The notes under the pieces are model-generated. The model searched no databases, was not told where the DNA came from, and saw only the letters and a list, made by a program, of their open reading frames with translations. The position numbers and the translations under genes are program-made. From Antedon mediterranea (Eukaryota; Animalia; Echinodermata), in assembly GCF_964355755.1 (NCBI RefSeq), contig NC_092673.1:35151648-35215647 (forward strand): DNA of 64,000 bases. The letters run 5' to 3'. How positions within the stretch are numbered: the stretch's first letter is position 1; every line of letters begins with the position of its first letter. Shown piece by piece: positions 39,460-52,073 of this stretch.

Positions 39460-40530
39460 TCGATTTTTTAAATTGAATAATTGAGATAATATTACCATAT
39501 AATGCGCATATATTGTGTTATCATCTTATAGAGCCATAGTAACTAGTTATGTCAAAAACTAAAAGAGTCTAAATTTGGCAATTTTTCAAAAATTTCCCTG
39601 TACAGGAATTTTTTCTAAAAATGACCAAAATATCCACTTTTTAAAATTGAATAATTATGAGATAATATTACCATTATAATGCGCATATATTGTGTTATCA
39701 TCATCTTATAGAGCCACAGTAACTAGTTATGTCAAAAACTAAGAGTCTAAATTTGGCAATTTTTCAAAAATTTCCCTGTACAGGAATTTTTTCAAAAAAT
39801 GACAAAAATATCCACTTTTTAAAATTCAATAATTATTAAATAATATTGCCATATATGCACATATATTGTGTTATCATTATCTTATAGAGCTATTTGTAAC
39901 TAGTTATGTCAAAAAATAACTCCACTTTTTTAAATTCAATATTCATGAGGATAATATTGCCATATATGTGCATATATTGTGTTATCATCATCTTATAGAG
40001 CCATAGTAACTAGTTATGTCAAAAAAATAAAACGGTCGAAATTTGGCCATTTTCGAAAATTTCCCTGTACTATAGTACAGGAATTTTTTCAAAAATAGCC
40101 AAAATATCCACTTTTTAAAATTTAATAATTATGATAATATTGCCATATATGCGCATATATTGTGTTATCATCATCTTATAGAGCCATAGTAACTAGTTAT
40201 GTCAAAAAAATAAAACGGTCGAAATTTGGCCATTTTCGAAAATTTCCCTGTACTATAGTACAGGGATTTTTTCAAAAATGGCCAAAATATCGACTTTTTT
40301 AAAGTCAATAATTATGCAATAATATTGCCATAATGCGCATATATTGTGTTATCATAATCTTATGGAGCCATAGTAACTAGTTATGTCAAAAAATAAAAGG
40401 GTTGAAATTTGGCCATTTTTCGAAAATGGCCAAAATATACACTTTTTTAAATTCAATAATTATGAGATAATATTGCCATATATGGGCATATATTGTGTTA
40501 TCATCATCTTATAGAGCCATAGTAACTAGT
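39460..40530. repeat. ~180-bp diverged tandem repeat, ~6-7 copies, some internally deleted
   Basis: Recurring GAGCCATAGTAACTAGTTATGTCAAAA and TTCCCTGTACAGGAA. Confidence 0.88.
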
Positions 40531-40754
40531 GGATGGTGGAATGTACTATATTAAACACATAAATGAAGTACAGGAGAGAACTTTAAAATTCTTCATAATT
40601 CCATTCATTACATAAATAACATTATTGCTTACAGTTTAAATTGGTAAGTTCAAAAGATTACATTTTAACAAAAATACATATCATTAAAAGATCTTCATTA
40701 ACTGAAATTCTGTACTTTCGAAAAAGGACAAGGTTGTAAGTTGAAGATTAACTA

Positions 40755-40841
40755 AAGCTCTGTCTACACTATCAACATTTGACCAAACAAATGTGATGTG
40801 CCCATATATGTCAAACTAGCTTGATAGTGTAGACAGAGCTT
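40755..40841. mobile_element. MITE family copy (AAGCTCTGTCTACACTATCAA TIR)
   Basis: Perfect ~21-bp TIRs with TA flanks. Confidence 0.85.
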
Positions 40842-41023
40842 TAGTTAACATTGCATTTAATTTCTATAACAACATTATTTCTTTCTTTTGCACCAGGTTG
40901 TTGTCAAATCATATGTAATGTACATTTTTAACAATACAGTAGTGTTGTATGTCATTGTTGTAAGTGATCTTAAAAAGATCTGAACTTGTTTTACTTTTGC
41001 ACCAATTTGTCAAATCATGTCTA

Positions 41024-41366
41024 AAGCTCTGTCTACACTATCAAACTTGTGATGTGATGTGCATGATGATGTCATATTACTACCAAATATGGACATGATG
41101 ATGTCATATCAATATTTAGATCGAGCTTCGTGTTTCCTATTGGATTATTCTTGTAATAGTGCATTCTAATTCGCACACTATTTCTTCTACTCTTTTGCAT
41201 AGATTAACAATAAGCACATTGCACAATTATCTAGTCGAATAGTCGAATCACGAAATTAAAACTAGTTTGATTTTAAAAAAGTGTGATGTACACATATATG
41301 GTAGTGATATGAAGTCATTGTGTCCATATATGGGCACACAACATTTGATAGTGTAGACAGAGCTTT
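41024..41366. mobile_element. MITE family copy with a ~150-bp internal insertion
   Basis: Same TIRs; unrelated sequence at ~41115-41265. Confidence 0.8.
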
Positions 41367-41499
41367 ACAGAACCTTACATGTGAAGAATATATCATGGAA
41401 GTTGAGGTTAAAGCTAGGTTATTAGTATAGGGTCTATGATACACATCACATATGTCACACTGTATCACAATATTTGCGATACAGTGTGAACATTTTATG

Positions 41500-41680
41500 T
41501 TAATATAAAGTTTGCAGTACACCACGTATATTAGTTCTGAAAAGAACTGTCAACGTTTTGATCAATATGCTTTGGTCATCCTCAGGATGAGGAGAGTTCT
41601 TTTCAGAACTAATATACGTGGTTTACCGCAAACTTTATATTAAAATTTGATTTCGCCATGCAAACCTTCAAACAATATAT
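41500..41680. mobile_element. Penelope-like inverted terminal remnant with a decayed hammerhead core
   Basis: ~49-bp inverted arms at 41500-41548 / 41595-41643. The spacer on the minus strand reads CTGAGGA-TGACC..GATC-AAAA-CGTT. Confidence 0.6.
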
Positions 41681-42564
41681 GAACATTTTACTTTTACAAA
41701 ACAAACTTACACATCTAGTTTATAATAGAAGACCAGATAAAAATATATATACAGTATTATTATTTAATTAAAATCAATTGTGTTAAAAGAATGTTTGTAA
41801 GTTGGCCAGCACAGGAAAAGCCACCACAAAGAAATGTTAATTGGTAGCAATGAAAGCATTAGGGCAAAATACGGCAATTTGTTATTCAAAGACAAAGGTA
41901 ATGATTACTATACTTTAAAATACACAACTTCGATAAAACTCATTAAATGTTATGATATTATTTAGGTGACCTAATAATATTTATTTATTTAATAAGTATT
42001 TGTTACAAATTCTCCTTAACATTCGGCGATCTCAATACCGTGCATAGAATTTTTTAATTGCCATACTGAAAAACCTTCAACAGAAGCCTTTGTTAGGAAT
42101 CTTGGTTTCTTTTAAATGGACTTCTCTTCGAGATGGCCTTCCTTTCAAGATTACTTTTGCAAACCAAGGTGTGGGAGCTTCTTTTTGAGATGGGATTCCT
42201 TTGCCGTATGCTCAAACCATATCTAGTTCTGTGAATGGTTAACTTGGTGACCAAGAACGCTATAGTTCATCATACACAATATCTGTCTTGATTTTCCAAC
42301 AATTATTCACAAAATTACTTGCTGCAATCTTGGATGAGTGATCCACAGAAACATTGCAAGGTTTTCCTCAGTATAACGATGCTTTGTTCAACGTATAGGT
42401 ACAAAACACTCACTATATTTGAGAATATTCCCTGTTGTACTTGAGTAGCCTTCAAAAACATTTGTTTTATAAAAATATGTGTTTTCTACTCAAACAAGAT
42501 TGATTGGTTTAAGTTTATAAACTGCGGTTAAATTTCTTGATTTTTGTTGCAGAAAAAGTTCATT

Positions 42565-45500
42565 TCACACCATCTCAAGACGTTCAGAAACCACAAGACT
42601 ATACGACTTGAACAAACTAAAGATGTCATCGCTCAGTTCATGGACGGACGAGTAACGACATTTTTCCAGCGAAAAGATATCGCAACAAAACTTTGAGATT
42701 TGGTCCTGTTGAAAAAAATAAATCATAAAACATAAAAACTATAAATAAACTATTTTTGGCAAACTAGGTCTGGTTTATAAGAAACCTATTTTTAAGACAT
42801 CAAAATAAAAATTGCGCAAACAATCATAGCTCAGACACGCTATCAATATTAAAATCGCACCTATTAAAATAGAAAAACGGTGGTGTCATTTTTTGTCTTT
42901 GAAAACATTGGATATGCGCGAATAAATACAGCAGAATAGTTTTTAACAAGGCCATATACATGGCTGCAGTTGCGTGCACAAATTTGAGTTAGTGTTTACC
43001 AACCAATCAACCGACCGACATGGTAAACTGTAGAGTAATACACAAGTTATTTTGTCTTTATTGAATCAACACTAACAGAATCTTTTTAAAAAAGTGGATT
43101 TACCTTAAAGAATTGCATGACCTCTGTGAGATTCTCATCTGACCCCAAAAATCCCCAGGCTAAAGCCGGACTAATATGATTGGATAGAGTATAGAAACGA
43201 GATAAAAAGCCATTTTGGTTCCTCAACATCTTACGTTTGGCGCCTAATACGGACCAAATAGCTGTAGATAATGCCTGAGATAGAGAAACAATTTGTAAAA
43301 ATTTGTCAGCTATGCAGAGATTGCGTGTTTGTTGCAATACTGTTGCATTGTGCATTGTAGTCAAATTTTATATCTGTTCATAGGTAAACAATTAAAAAAA
43401 AAAAAAAAAAAAAAAAAAATGGAAAGTAACATTCAATGCTAACAAAACGAAAGCTATACTGTTTACACGTAAACATTTAGATAACTATGTTAGTTTAAAT
43501 TTCAATAATGTAAATCTACAATTTGTAAATGATCATAGGCATCTTGGTGTAATGCTTAATGCAAAACTCAAGTGGGATTCCCATATCCAATCTGTAATTA
43601 ACAAAGCGTCTTTATCTTTAAATATGCTACGTCGTGTCAAACATATTCTACCTCGACAGGCTCTCTGTCACATTTACATATCACACGTTAGACCATTAAT
43701 GGAATATGCAGCTCCTGTTTGGTGTAATATCCCAGATAAATTAAGTGATGAACTAGAAAATATCCAGATTTCTGCAGGTAGAATATGTAATGTACTGGTG
43801 CGTGGAAACATACAAGTCATAATGCATTAAGACAAGAATTAGGCTGGTTATCATTGGAAAAACGTAGACAATTTCTTAACCTAATACTGTTTTTTAAAAT
43901 TATTCATAAGTTAACACCAGTGTATCTTTACTCCTTATTTGTTTTTTCTGACAATATTGAAGTTTATAACTTGCGTAACATCCGAAATATAATAATTCCA
44001 TTTTGTAAGACCACATCATATCGTTTATCTTTTGTCCCATCTATTATAACACATTGGAATGAGTTAAATAATGAAATAAAAAATTCCTCATTTCTTGTTG
44101 AGTTTAAAAAATTGCTACTGAAATCCAATTTGTTTGAAACAAAAAAACGTTCTTATTATGATACAGGTGATAAGAAGATTAACCAAATTCACACTAGAAT
44201 CCGACTTGGTTTCAGCTGTCTCAATTCGCATTTATTCTTACATGGACTTCGGGACAATCCAAATTGTACTTGTGGCTTTAATGTTGAGAATCCGCTTCAT
44301 TTCTTATGTTACTGCCCTAATTATAATACACAAAGAGATATTCTACTTGTAAGCGCTAACTCAATTATTGAGGATATCTTAGCCAAGGATTTTTCTTTAA
44401 CATTTAATTTTACATTTTTAAGTGAAATTTTTATTTTTGGTTCCGATCTTCTTTCGAATTGTGAAAATGCTTTATTATTTTATTATGTACAACAATTTCT
44501 TGTTAATTCTGGAAGATTTAATTGATGTTTCTGTTAGTTGTTTTAAAATGTTGTATTTGTTTATCTGAGGCGCCTTGAAGCTAAGATGGTTCCATCTTGT
44601 AAGGCGCCTCTGTGTAATATACTGAATAAAAAAAAAAAAAAAAAAAAAAAAAACAATTAAAATGTACCATCAATTAACAAAATTGGTATTGTACCTAGTG
44701 TTGTGATTGAATGGATATTCCATGCATAGGTAGGAGTTGACATGATTAAAAAATGATGATTTTGTGGTTAATTTAACCTAATAACTTGCACTGATGAAGG
44801 ACTAGTGTTGTCCAAAAGCTCTGCAAATTCTTTCTGGCTGTTTTAATTTATTATTTTGATTTAGATGTCTGCTTATTTTATTTGTATCTCCATTGACATC
44901 CAGCCACTGATACTCACAGCATTGTCATTTTTTCAGTAATTTGCATTTTAATTTACTAATATTAACTACTGTAATGTTGAAATATAAACAGAGAACATAA
45001 ACTTAATCAATATAATCAACAAAACAATGCTTTTAGGTGTATATATTACAAATATTGTAGGTACATTTATTCTTACCGTTTCTTTGACGCTGTTTGACAA
45101 CCAACGATTTTGCGTGATACATGTCACTGATGACGGAGGATCCGACAGATCATCAAAAGAATCAAGTATAAAAAAATCCAACACTATATCATAGAAAGAC
45201 ATGCATTTTACCTGTTGAAAAAAGAAAGAAAATATGTACAAAACAGATGTTAGAATAACATGACATATTACAATAAACAATACCACTTTTTAAGGTCATT
45301 GACCTTTTATTTCCGGTCTTCTATTCCTGTGAATCTCAGCTGTACGTTACAGGCACTGTACTTCATTAACTTTCAACCGAACGTTACTTCCAAATCTTCA
45401 TTATTTTATGAAACTTTTAGCTCGTAAATAAAAAGTTAGTCACTTAACTTAAGGTACAGCAGATATTTAGTTAAGGTTATGTTTTCATAATTTTTAACAT

Positions 45501-48500
45501 ACATTTATAGATTTTAAAAGTGCATGATTTGACAGGCTCAGACGCCGCTTTAGCTACGCGAACAACAATTCTTACATCGGTGCTAGACTGTTTTACTTCG
45601 TGAGAAAGTCGAGTAACAAGGGATGTCACAGTAGAAAATTAAGAAAAAATACAATTCAATATCATAAAAAAAAAAATGTATTATTTTGGCAGACAAATTG
45701 TTGACCATTTTACATTATAAATTTTCAACAACAATCACTAAGAACGCACCTTGCGGCCCTCTAGCTCTTCTCTAATTTCCCTCCAGTTGTCCGCTCCCTG
45801 TACATACTCAATCATGTTATCAAAAGCTTCTGAAAATTGTTCAGTGTCCTGACAAATTAATTGTACATAAATTTGATTAACAACAATTTAATAATTATAA
45901 ACAAATCCTCGAGTAAATCCCTAATTAGGTTCATTACTTAAATGTAATGTTTATGATTCAGATAAGAGCCCACCCTGTCAAATAAGCCCATCTTCACATC
46001 TATAGTAATTGTCCAGCAATTACGGCAAACCATTACATTTTGCTCCCCATGAATAAGCCCACTTGCCAACCTGGGCTTATACTCAAATCGGATATACACT
46101 TACATAATTCCCTTGTATAAGAAGGCTGCCCACCATCTCCTTGCCTGAACTGATTACCCAATTCAAAACCGTGACATCCGACAACAACAAAGCCATTGCT
46201 TCTCTTATACAATGTACCTTTGCTAAGAAATCTTCCTCACTATCACATTTTAACATCTTTGTCCTGCGTGTTAAAAATAAATTACATCGTTAATCAAATT
46301 GACAAAAAAGACAAAGAAATGATATACATTGGTAAGACGATTCAATTGAGACAAAATAAACTTAATTTTATTTAGAAATGAAAAAAATAGCACTATACTT
46401 TTTAAATAAAATAGAAGCTTGGGTTTATTTTTTATATTAATTTGTTTTAAGGCAAATTTACACAGACGAGCGGTAACGGTAATAAAAATAAAGAATCTAT
46501 GTTATTCCCATTGACCATTTACACACAACGCGGAGCGGACGGACTGTTTCCGCTGAGGATAGATACAGATTCCATGTGGGACAAGCTACATGTTTTTCCG
46601 CTTACTGTTACCGCTTGTCTGTGTAAATTGACTTTATGCATGTGGTGTTCTTCAGTAAAATAAACAAATCCAATTTCCTTACCTGTTCGTGCGTACTTGA
46701 ACACCCCCACTCCTAACAATTTTTAAAGCATGTTCATAAAATTGCTGTCTCCCTCGTATCATATGATTTTCTAATGGCTCTAAATTTTCAAGCTACAATA
46801 AAAATAATAAACAAAAATAAAATAATATTAACCAAAAATAAATGTTGCTATGATACAATAATGCACTGTAATTTGAACCAAGTGATGGCTTGTGGCTGTT
46901 CATATAGTCTATATCAAAATAAAGAAAATTGTCTCATTAGTCACAACCAAGTGATGGCTTGTGGCTGTTCATATAGTCTATATCAAAATAAAGACAATTG
47001 TCTCATTAGTCACAACCAAGTGATGGCTTGTGGCTGTTCATATAGTCTATATCAAAATAAAGACAATTGTCTCATTAGTCACAACCAAGTGATGGCTTGT
47101 GGCTGTTTATATAGTCTATATCAAAATAAAGACAATTGTCTCATTAGTCACAACCAAGTGATGACTTGTGGCTGTTTATACAGTCTATATCAAAATAAAG
47201 ACAATTGTCTCATTAGTCACAACCAAGTGATGGCTTGTGGCTGTTTATACAGTCTATATCAAAATAAAGACAATTGTCTCATTAGTCACAACCAAGTGAT
47301 GGCTTGTGGCTGTTTATATAGTCTATATCAAAATAAAGACAATTGTCTCAGTAGTCACAACCAAGTGATGGTTTGTGGCTGTTTATACAGTCTATATCAA
47401 AATAAAGACAATTGTCTCATTAGTCACAACCAAGTGATGGCTTGTGGCTGTTCATATAGTCTATATCAAAATAAAGACAATTGTCTCATTAGTCACAACC
47501 AAGTGATGGCTTGTGGCTGTTCATATAGTCTATATCAAAATAAAGACAATTGTCTCATTAGTCACAACCAAGTGATGGTTTGTGGCTGTTCATATAGCCT
47601 ATATCAAAATAAAGACAATTGTCTCATTAGTCACAACCAAGTGATGGCTTGTGGCTGTTAATATAGTCTATATCAAAATAAAGACAATTGTCTCATTAGT
47701 CACAACCAAGTGATGACTTGTGGCTGTTGATATAGTCTATATCAAAATAAAGACAATTGTCTCATTAGTCACAACCAAGTGATGGCTTTTGGCTGTTTAT
47801 ACAGTCTATATCAAAATAAAGACAATTGTCTCATTAGTCACAACCAAGTGATGGCTTGTGGCTGTTAATATAGTCTATATCAAAATAAAGACATTTGTCT
47901 CATTAGTCACAACCAAGTGATGGCTTGTGGCTGTTAATATAGTCTATATCAAAATAAAGACAATTGTCTCATTAGTCACAACCAAGTGATGACTTGTGGC
48001 TGTTGATATAGTCTATATCAAAATAAAGACAATTGTCTCATTAGTCACAACCAAGTGATGGCTTGTGGCTGTTCATATAGTCTATATCAAAATAAAGACA
48101 ATTGTCTCATTAGTCACAACCAAGTGATGGCTTGTGGCTGTTCATATAGTCTATATCAAAATAAAGACAATTGTCTCATTAGTCACAACCAAGTGATGGC
48201 TTGTGGCTGTTTATACAGTCTATATCAAAATAAAGACAATTGTCTCATTAGTCACAACCAAGTGATGGCTTGTGGCTGTTTATACAGTCTATATCAAAAT
48301 AAAGACAATTGTCTCATTAGTCACAACCAAGTGATGGCTTGTGGCTGTTCATATAGTATATATCAAAATAAAGACAATTGTCTCATTAGTCACAACCAAG
48401 TGATGGCTTGTGGCTGTTTATATAGCCTATATCAAAATAAAGACAATTGTCTCATTAGTCACAACCAAGTGATGGCTTGTGGCTGTTTATATAGTCTATA

Positions 48501-51500
48501 TCAAAATAAAGACAATTGTCTCATTAGTCACAACCAAGTGATGGCTTGTGGCTGTTGATATAGTCTATATCAAAATAAAGACAATTGTCTCATTAGTCAC
48601 AACCAAGTGATGGCTTGTGGCTGTTCATATAGTCTATATCAAAATAAAGACAATTGTCTCAGTAGTCACATATGTACCATGGGATCCTGTATCATCAGGT
48701 ACCTATTTTGTTGTGTTGAAATAAAAAAGCAAATAGAGAAAAAATTCAGACCTCACTCGCCGATACAAATGAATCACTTGAAGAGCCTTCATCGCTGGCC
48801 CGCCTTCCAAGGTGCAGAGCTTGTAGCTGTCTGGCAAGGTCATCGGATTCTACTACTGGTGACTGGGTAATGTTGAGGGCAGCCTCCTCGCATTGATCTT
48901 GAATACTGTATGCTTTTATGAGCAGCTCATCAAGCTTCTTTAGAAGTTCTGCATCTGTATCATTCTGAAAAATATATATTATTTATAGATCTTCCAGTTT
49001 CTCTTCCAGCTGAACTCATAGGCAAGCTGGAAGGGCTTCGTTAAAATGACAAATATATATAAAACTATACTTAACTAATATAAATGTCAATAATAAAGTA
49101 TAAAGCATTAAACCAGATAAAATATGTCTTAAAATTTAAAGTTTTTAATTTAAATGAATTAGTATTGATACATTGTTTAATGGGCAATGAAATATGATAT
49201 GCGAGACTATTTAAAATAGACCAATTTCTTTAGTTTCCATAATTCTTGGCCATCTGAGTTTGCAGAAAGAAAGTCATCCAATATCACGTTGAGAATTCCA
49301 ATAAAGCCTTTACAACACAACTAGAACGTATTACTTGAGATACAAATGCACAACTCTATTACCCTTTTGAAAATGCATTATGGAAGTTTAGTACCTGAGG
49401 TGGATTTGGAGCACTGTCAATTGCATTTTGGCACCTGAGGTGGACTTACCTGAGGTGGATTTGGCGCACTGTCAATTGCATTTTGGTACCTGAGGTGGAC
49501 TTACCTGAGGTGGATTTGGAGCACTGTCAATTGCATTTTGGTACCTGAGGTGGACTTACCTGAGGTGGATTTGGAGCACTGTCAATTGCATTTTGGTACC
49601 TGAGGTGGACTTACCTGAGGTGGATTTGGAGCACTGTCAATTGCATTTTGGCACCTGAGGTGGACTTACCTGAGGTGGATTTGGAGCACTGTCAATTGCA
49701 TTTTGGCACCTGAGGTGGACTTACCTGAGGTGGATTTGGAGCACTGTCAATTGCATTTTCCCAATATTCTACTGCCACGTCAAAAGAATCCATTCCTGAA
49801 CAAAGAGACCAGAATATAAAAACATAAAATTAGAAAGCAAAATTATTATAAAATATTATGTAATATACAAACAAGTTTACTGAATCTTAGTGTTATACTA
49901 TTTTATTTTTATAAAACACCTATTGCAGGATGAAAAATATACCCATTTAGTTTAATTGGCACAAGAATTATATGCTTTGGGACTATGACAGAAACAGGAT
50001 TTGCACTTCAAACTGGTATTTGTAAGCAATCATGCTAACTGTCTGGGAATATCGGGTGTTGTATAATGTAGACCAGACTGATGGTGTAATGATAAGGGAA
50101 TCGGACTAGCATGCGATAGGCATAGGAATATCTGGTGCTGTATAGACCAGAGGGTGTAATTATAAGGGAATCGGACTAGCATGCGATAGGCATAGGAATA
50201 TCTGGTGCTGTATAGACCAGAGGGTGTAATGATAAGGGAATCGGACTAGCATGCGATAGGCATAGGAATATCTGGTGCTGTATAGACCAGAGGGTGTAAT
50301 GATAAGGGAATCGGACTAGCATGCGATAGGCATAGGAATATCTGGTGCTGTATAGACCAGAGGGTGTAATTATAAGGGAATCGGACTAGCATGCGATAGG
50401 CATAGGAATATCTGGTGCTGTATAGACCAGAGGGTGTAATGATAAGGGAATCGGACTAGCATGCGATAGGCATAGGAATATCTGGTGCTGTATAGACCAG
50501 AGGGTGTAATGATAAGGGAATCGGACTAGCATGCGATAGGCATAGGAATATCTGGTGCTGTATAGACCAGAGGGTGTAATTATAAGGGAATCGGACTAGC
50601 ATGCGATAGGCATAGGAATATCTGGTGCTGTATTGACCAGAGGGTGTAATTATAAGGGAATCGGACTAGCATGCGATAGGCATAGGAATATCTGGTGCTG
50701 TATAGACCAGAGGGTGTAATTATAAGGGAATCGGACTAGCATGCGATAGGCATAGGAATATCTGGTGCTGTATAGACCAGAGGGTGTAATTATAAGGGAA
50801 TCGGACTAGCATGCGATAGGCATAGGAATATCTGGTGCTGTATAGACCAGAGGGTGTAATTATAAGGGAATCGGACTAGCATGCGATAGGCATAGGAATA
50901 TCTGGTGCTGTATAGACCAGAGGGTGTAATTATAAGGGAATCGGACTAGCATGCGATAGGCATAGGAATATCTGGTGCTGTATTGACCAGAGGGTGTAAT
51001 TATAAGGGAATCGGACTAGCATGCGATAGGCATAAGATCGTGCCTTGATTTATTCTTAGACAAGATGCTTTACTCTCATCATTGCCTTGTCCTTTGGATA
51101 GGATGTAAAATCGTTGGTCCTGGGTACATACAGTGCACGTAGAACTTGGTATACTATTCTAAAAGAGGGATTGTCTGCTGGCTACCGTGGGTCCGTAGAG
51201 GACTTCCTCAGTTTCAAGTAATAGCTTGAAGACGATAATAAATACCTCTATCGTGTAATTATAAATTATCTTGCATACAATATGACTTACTTACCCATCT
51301 GAAATAATCTCTGAATTGCACTAGCCTCATTTGTGGGCGTTAACTCTCCATTCTGAGCAACACTTGTTTGAGGTGTGTCAGTTCGATCGGCGTCCTCAAG
51401 TGAGTGGTTTGAATTTTCCGTCAGTGAAGTTGCAGCATTTACTGCTGGGATGGATGCACTTACAACAGAGCTAGCCATGCTCGACGTTCTGGAGTGTGAA

Positions 51501-52073
51501 GATTGGCGGGAACGTGACCTTCGACCTGACCTAGCAGGTGATTTAGGTGAGCCAATTATTGGACTCAAGATTTGGCTGGAGTTATTTGGTCGTACCACAT
51601 CTAAAAATAAATACAGTTACAAGTGATGTGAGTAAAGGCATGTCTACATATCAAATAAAGAGTTTGCAGTTTTGTTTGTAAGTTCCAAAATTAAAATTCC
51701 AAGTTAAAATTATGTGCTTTTTTCCTCTTTTTATTCTGCTACAACTGTCACAGTCCACTGCATCAGTCATCAGGCTCACTCACTAATTCTACTCTTCTTC
51801 TCTTAAATGGGAAACATGTATATGTGAACTAGCTAAAAGCGGACCAAAGACAGTAGATAACAACTCACTGGACAGACAGACAGACAGAATAAGATTTATA
51901 TAAACATACTTACAGCCATTAGCTTTGAGGTCTTTTGGATGTGGCAAGCGGCCATTACCTTTCTTAACCCTTCGCTTACGTCGCCGCAAATAACTGGCTG
52001 CTATTATCAAGCCTGTGAGTGCAGACAAGGCAGACAGCAAAGCTACTTTAGTTTTCAGTCCAATCAACACCAT
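42565..52073 (-). CDS. MIGA: Mitoguardin (FAM73/MIGA), 521 aa, 10 coding exons
   Basis: Exons 52073-51914, 51600-51295, 49795-49725, 48964-48752, 46792-46683, 46263-46104, 45848-45750, 45211-45077, 43274-43104, 42705-42565; total 1566 nt in frame. N-terminal TM plus RRRKR, GMDSFDVAVEYWE, FFAT-like SSDSFVSASE, DFLAKVHCIR, FYDIVLDFFILDSFDDLSDPPSSV, ALSTAIWSVL, SPALAWGFLG. Confidence 0.95.
43398..44650 (+). mobile_element. LINE C, 5'-truncated (post-RT region plus C-terminal CCHC finger), in a MIGA intron
   Basis: HLGV..LKWDSHI, VRPLMEYAAPVW, CTCG..E..HFLCYC. 3' UTR stem-loop at 44567-44610, AATAAA plus poly(A), 12-bp TSD AAACAATTAAAA (43386-43397 / 44651-44662), one frameshift. Confidence 0.92.
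44740..44945 (+). mobile_element. Penelope-like terminal remnant with a minimal type-I hammerhead ribozyme core (G12 mutated)
   Basis: TTGCA-CTGATGA-AGGAC-TAGTGTT-GTCC-AAAA-GCT-C-TGCAA at 44786-44826, followed by a T-rich tract and CAGCCACTGATACTCA. Confidence 0.62.
46450..46634. mobile_element. MITE (Harbinger-like)
   Basis: AAGGCAAATTTACACAGACGAGCGGTAACGGTAA / TTACTGTTACCGCTTGTCTGTGTAAATTGACTT imperfect TIRs. Confidence 0.78.
46877..48670. repeat. 69-bp minisatellite, ~26 copies, filling most of a MIGA intron
   Basis: AACCAAGTGATGGCTTGTGGCTG...CATTAGTCAC; period 69. Confidence 0.96.
49392..49759 (-). repeat. 55-bp tandem repeat (~6.5 copies) duplicating the end of a MIGA exon and its 5' splice site
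   Basis: Minus-strand unit GTAAGTCCACCTCAGGT(G/A)CCAAAATGCAATTGACAGTGCTCCAAATCCACCTCAG. Confidence 0.94.
50068..51035. repeat. 70-bp minisatellite, ~13.5 copies, running into a SINE body
   Basis: Period 70 (50161 to 50231). Confidence 0.95.
50985..51245 (+). mobile_element. Degenerate tRNA-SINE with a Deu/Nin-like central domain
   Basis: A-box-like GGTGTAAT(G/T)ATAAG, eroded B box AGATCGTGCC, then CTTAGACAAGATGCTTTACTC and GTCCTTTGGATAGGATGTAAAATCGTTGGTCC...GCACGTA. Family assigned from memory. Confidence 0.6.

Noticed and set aside
46774-48870. Cys-rich repeat protein ORFs (HNQVMACGC...)
   Set aside because: Antisense reading of an intronic 69-bp satellite, interrupted by stops, with no splice or promoter support.
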